This document shows, piece after piece, positions 31,601 to 45,300 of a DNA stretch of 64,000 nucleotides. The position numbers and the translations under genes were made by a program. The notes below the pieces were generated by a model, which was not told the origin of the DNA, searched no databases, and saw only the letters and a program-made list of their open reading frames with translations. This DNA is from the human T2T-CHM13v2.0 reference genome, Homo sapiens: assembly GCF_009914755.1 (NCBI RefSeq), contig NC_060937.1. One strand, written 5' to 3'. Positions within the stretch are counted from its first letter, which is position 1. Every line of letters begins with the position of its first letter.

Positions 31601-34600
31601 TTCCATTCGGGTTTATTCCATTTCATTCCATTCCATTCCATTCCATTGCATTCCATTCCTTTCCATTCTATTCCATTCCATTCCTTTCCATTTGTGTTGA
31701 TTCCATTCCACTCCATTCCATTCCATTCCACTGCATTCCGATCCATTACATTCCACTCGTGTTAAATCCTTTCCAGTCCATTCCAATGCATTCCCTTCCA
31801 TTCAATTCCACTCGGATTCAATCAATTCCATTCTATTCCATTCCGTTCTGTTCCACTCCATTCCATTGCATTCCATACCATTCCATTCCACTCGGGTTGA
31901 TTCCATTGAATTCCATCCCATTCCATTCCATTCCATTCTATTGCATTCCATTCCATTCCATACCATTCCACTCGGGTTCATTCCATACCATTCCATTCCA
32001 TTCCATTCCATTCCATTCGGGTCGATTCCATTCCCATCCATTCCATTGCATTCCATTCAATTCCATTGCATTCCACTCCATTCCATTACATTCCATTCCA
32101 CTCTGGTTGATTCCATTCCATTCCATTCCAATGGATTCCATTCCATTGCTTTCCAAGCCATTCCATTACATTCCATTCCACTCGGATTGATGCCATTCCA
32201 TTCCATTCCAATCCATTCCATTCCATTTCATTCCATTCCATTGTATTCAATTCCACTCGGGTTGTTTCCATTCCATTCCAGTAATTTCCATTCCATTCCA
32301 TTCAATTGCGTTCCATTCCATTCCATTCCATTCCATTTGACTCAGGTTGATTCCGTTCCATTCCATTCCATTCCATTTCATTCCAGTTGATTCCATTGCA
32401 TTAAATTCCTTTCCATTCCAATCCATTCCATTCCATTCCATTCCAATCGGGTTGATTCCATACCATTCCATTCCATTCATTCCTTTCCATTCCATTCCAA
32501 TCCAGTCGGGTTGATTCCATTCCATTCCTTTCCATTCCATTCCATTCCTTTCCATTCCGTTCCATTCCTTTCGTGTTGATTCCATTCCATTCCATTCCAC
32601 TCCATTCCAATCCATTACATTCCACTCGGGTTGAATCCATTCCTTTCCATTCCAATCCATTCCATTCCTTTCCAATCCATTCCATTCCATTCAATTCCAC
32701 ATGGATTCAGTCTATTCTTTCCCTTCCATTCCGTTCTGTTCCATTCCAGTCCATTGCATTAGATTCCATTCCATTCCACTCGGGATGATTCCATTCAATT
32801 CCATTATATTCCGTTCCATTCCGTTCCTTTCCATTCCATTCCATTCCATTCCATTCCATTCCATTCCATTCCATTCCAATCCATTCCATTCCACTCCACT
32901 CCGGTTGATTCCATTACATTCCATTCCGTTCCATTCCATTCCATTCCACTCGGGTTGATTCCATTCCATTCCATACCACTCCATTCCATTCCATTCCATT
33001 CCACTCCTTTCCAATCCATTCCATTCCACTCGGGTTGATTCCATTCTATTCCATTCCATTCCATTCCATTCCATTCCATTCCATTCCATTCCATTCCATT
33101 CCATTGCATTCCATTCGTGTTGATTCCATTGCATTCCATTCCATTCCACTCCATTCCATTCCATTTTATTCCCTTCCAGTTGATTCCATTCCTTTCCATT
33201 CCATTCTATTCCATTCCATTCCGTTCCATTCTACTCGGGTTGATTCCATTCCATTCCATTTCATTCCATTCGATTTCATTCCACTGGTGTTTATTCCATT
33301 CCACTCCATTCCATTCCATTCCATTCGGGTTTATTCCATTCCATTCCATTCCATTCCATTCCATTGCATTCCATTCCTTTCCATTCTATTCCATTCCATT
33401 CCTTTCCATTTGTGTTGATTCCATTCCATTCCATTCCATTCCATTCCACTCCATTCCGATCCATTACATTCCACTCGTGTTAAATCCTTTCCAGTCCATT
33501 CCAATGCATTCCCTTCCATTCAATTCCACTCGGATTCAATCAATTCCATTCTATTCCATTCCGTTCTGTTCCACTCCATTCCATTGCATTCCATACCATT
33601 CCATTCCACTCAGGTTGATTCCATTGAATTCCATCCCATTCCATTCCATTCCATTCTATTGCATTCCATTCCATTCCATACCATTCCACTCGGGTTCATT
33701 CCATACCATTCCATTCCATTCCATTCCATTCCATTCGGGTCGATTCCATTCCCATCCATTCCATTGCATTCCATTCAATTCCATTGCATTCCACTCCATT
33801 CCATTACATTCCATTCCACTCTGGTTGATTCCATTCCATTCCATTTCAATGGATTCCATTCCATTGCTTTCCAAGCCATTCCATTACATTCCATTCCACT
33901 CGGATTGATGCCATTCCATTCCATTCCAATCCATTCCATTCCATTTCATTCCATTCCATTGTATTCAATTCCACTCGGGTTGTTTCCATTCCATTCCAGT
34001 AATTTCCATTCCATTCCATTCAATTGCGTTCCATTCCATTCCATTCCATTCCATTTGACTCAGGTTGATTCCGTTCCATTCCATTCCATTCCATTTCATT
34101 CCAGTTGATTCCATTGCATTAAATTCCTTTCCATTCCAATCCATTCCATTCCATTCCATTCCAATCGGGTTGATTCCATACCATTCCATTCCATTCATTC
34201 CTTTCCATTCCATTCCAATCCAGTCGGGTTGATTCCATTCCATTCCTTTCCATTCCATTCCATTCCTTTCCATTCCAATCCTCTTGGGTTGATTCCGTTG
34301 CATTCCGTTCCTTTCCAAGGCACTTGGGTTGATTCCGTTCCCTTCCCTTCCATTCCATTCCATTCCATTACATTCCATTACATTCCATTCCATTCATTTA
34401 CATTACACTCCGGTTGATTCCATAGCATTCCATTCCATTCCTTTCCATTCCATTCCATCCCATTCGTGTTGATTCCATTCTATTCTGTTCCATTCCATTC
34501 CATTGCATTCCATACCATTCCACTCGGCTTGATTCCATACCATTCCATTCCATTCCACTCGAGTTGATTCCATTCCATTCCATTCCCTTCCATTCCATTC

Positions 34601-35330
34601 CATTCCATTCCACTCCATTCCATTCCATTCCATATCACTCCATTCCATTCCAGTCCATTCCACTCCATTCCATTCCATTCCATTCCACTCGGGTTGATTC
34701 CATTCCATTCCATTCCACTCTACTCCACTCCTTTGCATTCCATTCCACTCGGGTTGATTCCATTCCATTCCATTCCAATCCATTCCATTCTATTCAATTC
34801 CACATGGATTCAATCTATTCTTTCCATTCCATTCCGTTCTGTTCCATTCCATTCCACTGCATTAGATACCATTCCATTCCACTCGGGATGATTCCATTCA
34901 ATTCCATTATATTCCGTTCAATTCCATTGTATTCCATTCCATTCCATTCCACTCGGGTGGATTCCAATCCATACCATTCTACTCCGGGGGATCCCATTCC
35001 ATTCCATTCCATTCCATTCCATTCCACTCTGGTTGATTCCATTCCGTTCCTTTCCTTTTCATTCCATTCCATTCCATTCCATTCGATTCCATTCCATTCC
35101 ATTCCACTCGGGTTGATTCCATTCCATTCCATTCCATTTTATTCCATTCCATTCCGTTCCATTCCATTCCGTTCCATAACATTCCACTCGGGTTGATTAC
35201 TTACCATTCCATTCTATTCCACTCGGGTTGATTCTTTTCCATTCCATTCCATTCCACACCATTCCATTCTATTCCATTCCACTCCATTCCAATCCATTCC
35301 ATTCCACTCGAGTTGATTCCATTCCATTCC
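19670..35330 (+). repeat. Homogeneous, recently amplified block with unit order A-B-C-A-A-B-C-B-C'
   Basis: A 19670-21367 (1698), B 21368-23345 (1978), C 23346-25303 (1958), A 25304-26996 (1693), A 26997-28674 (1678), B 28675-30742 (2068), C 30743-32700 (1958), B 32701-34803 (2103), C-head from 34804. All eight full units share GTGTTAAATCCTTTCCAGTCC, CAATGGATTCC, CAATTGCGTT, GCATTAAATTCC and CCAGTCGGG. Identical ORFs recur (e.g. 62 aa at 22781, 30168, 34229). Confidence 0.9.
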
Positions 35331-38300
35331 ACTCCATTCCAATCCATTACATTCCACTCGGGTTGAATCCATTCCTTTCCATTCCAATCCATTCCATTCC
35401 TTTCCAATCCATTCCATTCCATTCTATTCCACATGGATTCAATCTATTCTTTCCATTCCATTCCGTTCTGTTCCATTCCAGTCCATTGCATTAGATACCA
35501 TTTCATTCCACTCCACTCCGGTTGAATCCATTCCATTCCATTCCATTCCAATCCATTCCATTCCATTCCACTCGGGTTGATTCCTTTCCATTCCATTCCA
35601 TTTTATTCCATTCCATTCCGTTCCATTCCATTCCATTCCATACAATTCCAATCGGGTTGATTCCATACCATTCCATTCCATTCCACTCGGGTTGATTCCG
35701 TTCCATTCCATTCCATTCCATTCCATTCCATTCCATTCCATTCCACTCCATTCCATTCCATTCCATTCCACTTCATTCCAATCCATTCCATTACACTCTG
35801 GTTGATTCCATTCCATTCCATTCCATTCCATTTTATTCCACTCCACTCAGGTTGATTCCATTCCATTCCATTCCATTCGTGTTGATTCCATTGCATTCCA
35901 TTCCACTCCATTCCATTCCATTCCACTCCATTCCATTCCATTTCATTCCATTCCAGTTGATTCCATTCCTTTACATTCCATTCCATTCCATTCCATTCCA
36001 TTCCATTCCATTCTACTCGGGTTGATTCCATTCCATTCCATTTAATTCCACTGGTGTTTATTCCATTCCACTCCATTCCTTTCCATTCCATTCGTGTTTA
36101 TTCCATTTCATTCCATTACATTCCATTCCATTGCATTCCATTCCTTTCCATTCTATTCCATTCCATTCCATTCCATTTGTGTTGATTCCATTCCATTCCA
36201 TTCCATTCCATTCCACTGCATTCCAATCCATTACATTCCACTCGGGTTGAATCCTTTCCATTCCATTCCAATGCATTCCCTTCCATTCAATTCCACTCGG
36301 ATTCAATCAATTCCATTCTATTCCATTCCGTTCCGTTCCACTCCATTCCATTGCATTCCATACCATTCCATTCCACTCGGGTTGATTCCATTGAATTCCA
36401 TCCCATTCCATTCCTTTCCATTCTATTGCATTCCATTCCATTCCATTCCACTCGTGTTGATTCCCTTCCATTCCATTCCATTCCATTCCACTTGGTTTGA
36501 TTCCATTCCGTTCCTTTCCATTGCATTCCATTCCATTCCATTCCATTCCATTCCATTCCATTCCATTCCATTCCGTTCCATTCCATTCGCGTTGATGCCA
36601 TTCCAATCCATAACATTCCATTCCATTTCATTCCATTCCGTTCCATTCCTTTCGTGTTGATTCCATTCCATTCCATTGCACTCCATTCCAATCCATTACA
36701 TTCCACTCGGGTTGAATCCATTCCTTTCCATTCTAATGCATTCCATTCCTTTCCAATCCATTCCATGCCATTCAATTCCACATGGACTCAATCTATTCTT
36801 TCCATTCCATTCCGTTCTGTTCCATTCCAGTCCATTGCATTAGATACCAATCCATTCCACTTGGTATGATTCCATTCAATTCCATTATATTCCGTTCAAT
36901 TACATTGTATTCCATTCCATTCCATTCCACTCGTGTGGATACCAATCCATTCCATTCCACTCGGGTGGATTCAATTCCATTCCATTCCATTCCATTCCAT
37001 TCCATTCCAATCATTTCCATTCCATTCCACTCTGGTTGATTCCATTCCATTCCTTTCCATTTCATTCCATTCCATTCCATTCCATTCCATTCCAATCCAT
37101 TCCATTCCACTCCACTCTGGTTGATTCCATTCCATTCCATTCCATTCCATTCCATTCCACTCGGGTTTATTCCATTCCATTCCATTCCATTTTATTCCAT
37201 TCCATTCCGTTCCATTCCATTCCATTCCATACCATTCCACTCGCGTTGATTGCATACCATTCCAATCCATTCCACTCAGGTTGATTCCTTTCCATTCCGT
37301 TCCATTCCATTCCATTCCATTTCATTCAATTCCACGCCATTCCATTCTATTCCATTCCATTCCATTCTAATCCATTCCATTCCACTCGGGTTGATTCCAA
37401 TCCATTCCATTCCATTCCATTCTGTTCCACTCAGGTTGATTCCTTTGCATTCCATTCCATTCCCCTCCATTCCATTCCATTTCATTCCATTCCGGTTGAT
37501 TCCATTCCTTTCCATTCCATTCCATTCCTTTCCCTTCCATTCCATTCCATTCCGTTCTATTCTACTCGGGTTGATTCCATTCCTTTCCATTTCATTCCAT
37601 TCGATTTCATTCCACTGGTGTTTATTCCATTCCACTCCATTCCATTCCATTCCATTCGGGTTTATTCCATTTCATTCCATTCCATTCCATTCCATTGTAT
37701 TCCATTCCATTCCTTTCCATTCTATTCCATTCCATTCCATTCCATTTGTGTTGCTTCCATTCCATTCCATTGCATTCCATTCCACTCCATTCCAATCCAT
37801 TACATTCCACTCGGGTGGAATACTTTCCATTCCATTCCTATGCATTCCCTTCCATTCAATTCCACTCGGATTCAATCAATTCCATTCTATTCCATTCCGT
37901 TCTGTTCCACTCCATTCCATTGCATTCCATACCATTCCATTCCACTCGGGTTGATTCCATTGAATTCCATCCCATTCCATTCCATTCCATGCTATTGCAT
38001 TCGATTCCATTCCATTCCATTCGTGTTGATTCCCTTCCATTCCATTCCATTCCATTCCACGTGGGTTGATTCCATTCCGTTCCTTTCCATTGCATTCCAT
38101 TCCATTCCATTCCATTCCATTCCATTCCATTCCATTCCGTTCCATTCCTTTCGTGTTGATGCCATTCCAATCCATATCATTCCATTCCATTCCATTCCAT
38201 TCCATTCCGTTCCATTCCTTTCGTGTTGATTCCATTCCATTCCATTCCACTCCATTCCAATCCATTACATTCCACTCGGGTTGAATCCATTCCTTTCCAT

Positions 38301-40259
38301 TCCAATCCATTCCATTCCTTTCCAATCTATTCCATTCCATTCAATTCCACATGGATTCAATCTATTCTTTCCATTCCATTCCGTTCTGTTCCACTCCAGT
38401 CCATTGCATTAGATACCATTCCATTCCACTCGGGATGATTCCATTCAATTCCATTATATTCCGTTCAATTCCATTGCATTCCATTCCATTCCATTCCACT
38501 CGAGTGGATTCCACTACATTCCATTCCATTCCATTCCATTCCATTCCATTCCATTTCACTCGGGTTCATTCCATTCCATTTCATTTAATTCCATTCCATT
38601 CCATTCCATTCCATTCCACTCGGGTTGATTCCATTCCATTCCATTCCATTCCATTCCATTCCATTCCATTCGTGTTCATTCCATTCCATTCCATTCCATT
38701 CCTTTCCGTTCCATTCCATTGGATTCCATTCCATTGCATTCCATTCCATTCCATTCCAATCCATTCCATTCCATTCCATTCCAATCGGGTTGATTCCGTA
38801 CCATTCCATTCCATTCATTCCTTTCCATTCCATTCCAATCCAGTCGGGTTGATTCCATTCCTTTGCTTTCCATTCCATTACATTCCTCTGCATTCCAATC
38901 CTCTCGGGTTGATTCCGTTGCATTCCGTTCCTTTCCAGTTCACTTGGGTTGATTCCATTCCATTCCCTTCCCTTCCATTCCATTCCATTCCATTCAATTC
39001 AATTCCATTCCATTCCATTCATTTACATTACACTCCGGTTGATTCCATAGCATTCCATTCCATTCCTTTCCATTCCATTCCATCCCATTCAGGTTGATTC
39101 CATTCTATTCTGTTCCATTCCATTCCATTCCATTCCTTTCCATTCCGTTCCATTCCATTCGGGTTGATTCTATTCCATTCCATTCCATTCCATTCCACTC
39201 CATTCCATTCCATTCCACTCCATTACATTACATTCAATTCCACCCGGATTGATTCCATTCCATTCCATTCCAGTTGATTCCATTGGATTTGATTCTGTTC
39301 CATTCCATTCCATTGCATTCCATTCCATTCCATTGCACTCGTGTTGATTCCATTCCGTTCCTTTCCATTCCATTCCTTTCCTTTCCATTCCATTCGTGTT
39401 GATTCCATTCAATTCCACACCAATCCATTCCATTCCATTCCAATCCATTCCATTCCATTCAATTCCACTCACATTCAATCTATTCCATTCCTTTTCATTC
39501 CGTTCTGTTCCATTCCATTCTATTTCATTCCATACCATTCCATTTCACTCGGGATGATTCCATTCCATTCCATTATATTCCGTGCCTTTCCATTCCATTC
39601 CATTCCACTGGGGTTGATTCCATTCCATTCCATTCCATTCCATTCCATTCCATTCCATTCCACTCGGGTTGTTTCCATTCCATTCCTTTCCATTTCATTT
39701 TATTCCATTCCATTCCATTCCATTCTACTCCATTCCATTCCACTCCATTCCGTTCCACTCCACTCCGGTTGATTCCATTCCATTCCATTGCATTCCATTC
39801 CATTCCATTCCATTCCATTCCACTCGGGTTGATTCCATTCCAATCCATTTTACTCCATTCCCTTCCGTTCCATTCCATTCCATTCCATACCATTCCACTC
39901 GGGTTGATTCCATACCATTCCATTCCATTCCACTCGAGTTGATTCCATTCCATTCCATTCCCTTCCATTCCATTCCATTCCATTCCACTCCATTCCATTC
40001 CATTCCATTTCACTCCATTCCATTCCATTCCATTCCACTCCATTCCATTCCATTCCATTCCACTCGGGTTGATTCCATTCCATTCCATTCCACTCCACTC
40101 CACTCCATTGCATTCCATTCCACTCGGGTTGATTCCATTCCATTCTATTCCAATCCATTCCATTCCATTTCATTCAATTCCATTGTATTCCGTTCCACTC
40201 GGGTTGTTTCCATTCCATTCCAGTAATTTCCATTCCATTCCATTCCATTCCATTCTATT

Positions 40260-41570
40260 CCATTCCATTCCATACCATTCCACCAAAGTTGATTGCATGT
40301 TATTCCATTCCATTCCATTCCATTCCATTCCATTAAATTCCATTCCATTCCATTCCTTTCCACTCGGGTTGATTCCATTCCATTGAATTCTGTTCCGTTC
40401 CGTTCCGTTCCATTCCATTCCATTTCATTCCATTGCATTCCACTCGTGTTGATTTCATTCCATTCCATTCCATTCCATTCCATTCCAATCCATTCCATTG
40501 CTTTCCATTCCACTCAGGTTGTTTCCATTCCATTTCATTAGTTTCCCTTCGATTCCATTCCATTCCATTCCATTCCATTTCACTCAGGTTGATTCTGTTC
40601 CATTCCACTGTATTCCATTCCAGTTGATTCCATTGCATTCCATTCCTTTCCATTCCTATGTATTCCATTACATTCCATTACACTGGTGTTGATTCCATTC
40701 CATTTCAATCCATTCCATTCCATTCCATTCCCTTCCATTCCATTCCATAGCATTCCACAAATTTTGATTCCATACCATTCCATTGCATTTCATTCCTTTC
40801 CATTCCATTCCAATCCATTCCATTCCATTCCATTTAAATCCTTTCTATTCCTTTCCATTTCATTCCATTCCATTCCTTTCCTCTCGCGTTGATTCCATTC
40901 CATTCCTTTCCATGCCGTTCCATTCCGTTCCATTCCATTCCATTCCATTCCATTCCATTGCACTAGGGGTGATTCCATTCCATTCCATTCCATTCCATTC
41001 CATTCCATTCCATTCCATTCCATTCCATTCCATTTCATTCCATTCCATTGCATTCCATTTAGGTTGATACCTTTCCATTCCATTCCATTGCATTCCATTT
41101 GGGTTGATACCTTTCCATTCCATTCCATTCCATACCATTCCATTCCATTCTGTTCCATTCCATTCGTGTTGACTCCATTCCATTCCATTCCATTCCATTC
41201 CACTCCATTCCATCCCATTCCATCCCATTCCATTCCATTCCATTCCATTTCATTCCATTCCATTGCATTCCATTTGGGTTGATACCTTTCCATTCCATTC
41301 CATTCCATACCATTCCATTCCATTCCGTTCCATTCCATTCAGGGTGACTCCATTCCATTCCATTCCATTCCATTCCATTGCATTCCACTCCATTCCAATC
41401 CAATATATTCCATTCAGGTTGAATCCATTACATTCCATTCCATTCCAATGCATTCCATTTTATTCAGTTCCACTCAGATTCAATCAATTCAATTCCATTC
41501 CATTCCATTCTATTGCATTTCATTCCATTCCATTCTACTCAGGTTGATTCCATTCCAATCCATTCCATTC
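40260..41570 (+). repeat. More diverged, CpG-decayed HSat3 segment
   Basis: No intact CTCGGGTTG seen between ~40371 and ~41577. Unusual words: CACCAAAGTTGATTGCATGTT (40281), TTAGTTTCCCTTCG (~40538), CACAAATTTTGATT (~40756), GTTGATACC x3. Confidence 0.7.
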
Positions 41571-42389
41571 CGTTCCACTCGGGTTGATTCAATTCCGTTC
41601 CTTTCCATTTCATTCCATTCTATTCCATTCCATTCCATTCCACTCGGGTTGATTCCATTCCATTCCATTCCATTGCATTCCGTTCCATTCCATTCAACTC
41701 GGGTTGATTCCATGCCATTCCATTCCACTCGCATTCAATCTATTCCATTCCATTTCATTCCGTTCTGTTCCATTCCATTCTATTGCATTCCATACCATTC
41801 CATTCCACTCGGGATGACTCCATTCCCTTCCATTATATACCGTTCCATTCCATTCCATTCCATTCCACTCCGGTTGATTCCATTCCATTCCATTCCATTC
41901 CATTCCATTCCATTCCATTCCACTCGGGTTGTTTCCATTCCATTCCTTTGCATTTCATTCTATTCCATTCCATTCCATTCCATTCAATTCTATTCCATTC
42001 CACTCCATTCCATTCCATTCCTCTCCGGTTATTCCATTCCATTCCATTCCATTCCATTCCATTCCATTACACTCAGGTTGTTTCCATTCCATTCCATTCC
42101 ATTTTATTCCATTCCATTCCGTTCCATTCCATTCCGTTCCATACCATTCCACTCGGGTTGATTCCATACCATTCCATTCCATTCCACTCGGGTTGATTCT
42201 TTTCCATTCCATTCCATTCCATTCCATTTCATTCCATTCCACTCCATTCCATTCTATTCCATTCCACTCCACTCCAATCCATTCCATTCCACTCGAGTTG
42301 ATTCCATTCCATTCCATTCCATTCTGTTCCACTCAGGTGGATTCCTTTCCATTCCAATCCATTTTATTCCACTCCACTCGGGTTGATTC

Positions 42390-45300
42390 CATATCATTCC
42401 ATTCCACTCCATTTCATTCCATTCCACTCCATTCCATTCTATGACATTCGTGTTAATTCCATTGCATTCCATTCCATTCTACTCCATTTCATTCCATTCC
42501 AGTTGATTCCATTCCTTTCCATTCCATTCCATTCCATTCCATTCCATTCCATTCTACTCGGGTTGATTCCATTCCATTCCATTTCATTCCATTCGATTTC
42601 ATTCCACTGGTGTTTATTCCATTCCACTCCATTCCATTCCATGCCATTCGGGTTTATTCCATTTCATTCCATTCCATTCCATTCCATTGCATTCCATTCC
42701 TTTCCATTCTATTCCATTCCATTCCATTCCATTCCAATTGTGTTGATTCCATTCCATTCCATTCCATTCCATTCCAATCCATTCCAATCCATTACATTCC
42801 ACCCGGGTTGAATCGTTTCCATTGCATTCCAATGCATTCCCTTCCATTCAATTCCACTCGGATTCAATCAATTCCATTCTATTCCATTCTGTTCCGTTCC
42901 ACTCCATTCCATTGCATTCCATAACATTCCATTCCACTCGGGTTGATTCCATTGAATTCCATCCCATTCCATTCCATTCCATTCTATTGCATTCCATTCC
43001 ATTCCATTCCACTCGTGTTGATTCCCTTCCATTCCATTCCATTCCATTCCACTTGGGTTGATTCCATTCCGTTCCTTTCCATTGCATTCAATTCCATTCC
43101 ATTCCACTCCATTCCATTCCATTCCATTCCATTCCATTCCATTCCGTTCCATTCCATTCGTGTTGATGCCATTCCAATCAATACCATTCCATTCCATTTC
43201 ATTCCATTCCGTTCCATTCCTTTCGTGTTGATTCCATTCCGTTCCATTCCACTCCATTCCAATCCATTACATTCCACTCGGGTTGAATCCATTCCTTTCC
43301 ATTCCAATCCATTCCATTCCTTTCCAATCCATTCCATTCCATTCAGTTCCACATGGAGTCAATCTATTCTTTCCATTCCATTCCGTTCTGTTCCATTCCA
43401 GGCCATTGTATTAGATACCAATCCATTCCACTTGGGATGATTCCATTCAGTTCCATTATATTCCGTTCAATTCCATTGTATTCCATTCCATTCCATTCCA
43501 CTCGGGTGGATTCCAATCCATTCCATTCCACTCGGGTGGATTCCATTGCATTCCATTCCATTCCATTCCATTCCATTCCATTCATTTCCACTCTGGTTGA
43601 TTCCATTCCATTCCTTTCCATTTCATTCCATTCCATTCCATTCCATTGCATTCCATTCCATTCTATTCCAATCCAATCCATTCCACTCCACTCTGGTTGA
43701 TTCCATTCCATTCCATTCCATTCCATTCCATTCCATTCCATTCCATTCCATTCCATTCCATTCCACTCGGGTTGATTCCATTCCATTCCATTCCATTTTA
43801 TTCCATTCCATTCCGTTCCATTCCATTCCATTCCATTCCATACCATTCCACTCGGGTTGATTCCATACCATTCTATTCCATTCCACTCTGGTTGATTCTT
43901 TTCCATTCCATTCCATTCCATTCCATTCCATATCATTCCATTCCACTCCATTTCATTCCATTCCACTCCATTCCATTCTATTACATTCGTGTTGATTCCA
44001 TTGCATTCCATTCCATTCTACTCCATTTCATTCCATTCCAGTTGATTCCATTCCTTTCCATTCCATTCCATTCCATTCCATTCCATTCCATTCCATTCCA
44101 TTCTACTCGGGTTGATTCCGTTCCATTCCATTTCATTCCATTCGATTTCATTCCACTGGTGTTTATTCCATTCCACTCCATTCCATTCCATGCCATTCGG
44201 GTTTATTCCATTTCATTCCATTCCATTCCATTCCATTGCATTCCATTCCTTTCCATTCTATTCCATTCCATTCCATTCCATTCCAATTGTGTTGATTCCA
44301 TTCCATTCCATTCCATTCCATTCCAATCCATTCCAATCCATTACATTCCACCCGGGTTGAATCCTTTCCATTGCATTCCAATGCATTCCCTTCCATTCAA
44401 TTCCACTCGGATTCAATCAATTCCATTCTATTCCATTCCGTTCCGTTCCACTCCATTCCATTGCATTCCATAACATTCCATTCCACTCGGGTTGATTCCA
44501 TTGAATTCCATCCCATTCCATTCCATTCCATTCTATTGCATTCCATTCCATTCTATTTCATTCCATTCCATTCCATTCCACTCGTGTAGATTCCCTTCCA
44601 TTCCATTCCATTCCATTCCACTTGGGTTGATTCCATTCCGTTCCTTTCCATTGCATTCCATTCCATTCCATTCCATTCCATTCCATTCCATTCCATTCCA
44701 TTCCGTTCCATTCCATTCGAGTTGATGCCATTCCAATCAATACCATTCCATTCCATTTCATTCCATTCCGTTCCATTCTTTTCGTGTTGATTCCATTCCA
44801 TTCCATTCCACTCCATTCCAATCCATTACATTCCACTCGGGTTGAATCCATTCCTTTCCATTCCAATCCATTCCATTCCGTTCCAATCCATTCCATTCCA
44901 TTCAATTCCTCATGGACTCAATCTATTCTTTCCATTCCATTCCGTTCTGTTCCATTCCAGGCCATTGTATTAGATACCAATCCATTCCACTTGTGATGAT
45001 TCCATTCAGTTCCATTATATTCCGTTCAATTCCATTGTATTCCATTCCATTCCATTCCAATCGGGTGGATTCCAATCCATTCCATTCCACTCGGGTGGAT
45101 TCCATTGCATTCCATTCCATTCCATTCCATTCCATTCCATTCATTTCCACTCTGGTTGATTCCATTCCATTCCTTTCCATTTCATTCCATTCCATTCCAT
45201 TCCATTCCATTCCAATCCATTCCATTCCATTCCATTCTATTCCAATCCATTCCATTCCACTCCACTCTGGTTGATTCCATTCCATTCCATTCCATTCCAT

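Noticed and set aside
40260-41570. Possible foreign insertion or transposon remnant
   Set aside because: The pentamer register and decamer slots continue throughout. There is no poly-A tail, target-site duplication or non-satellite sequence.
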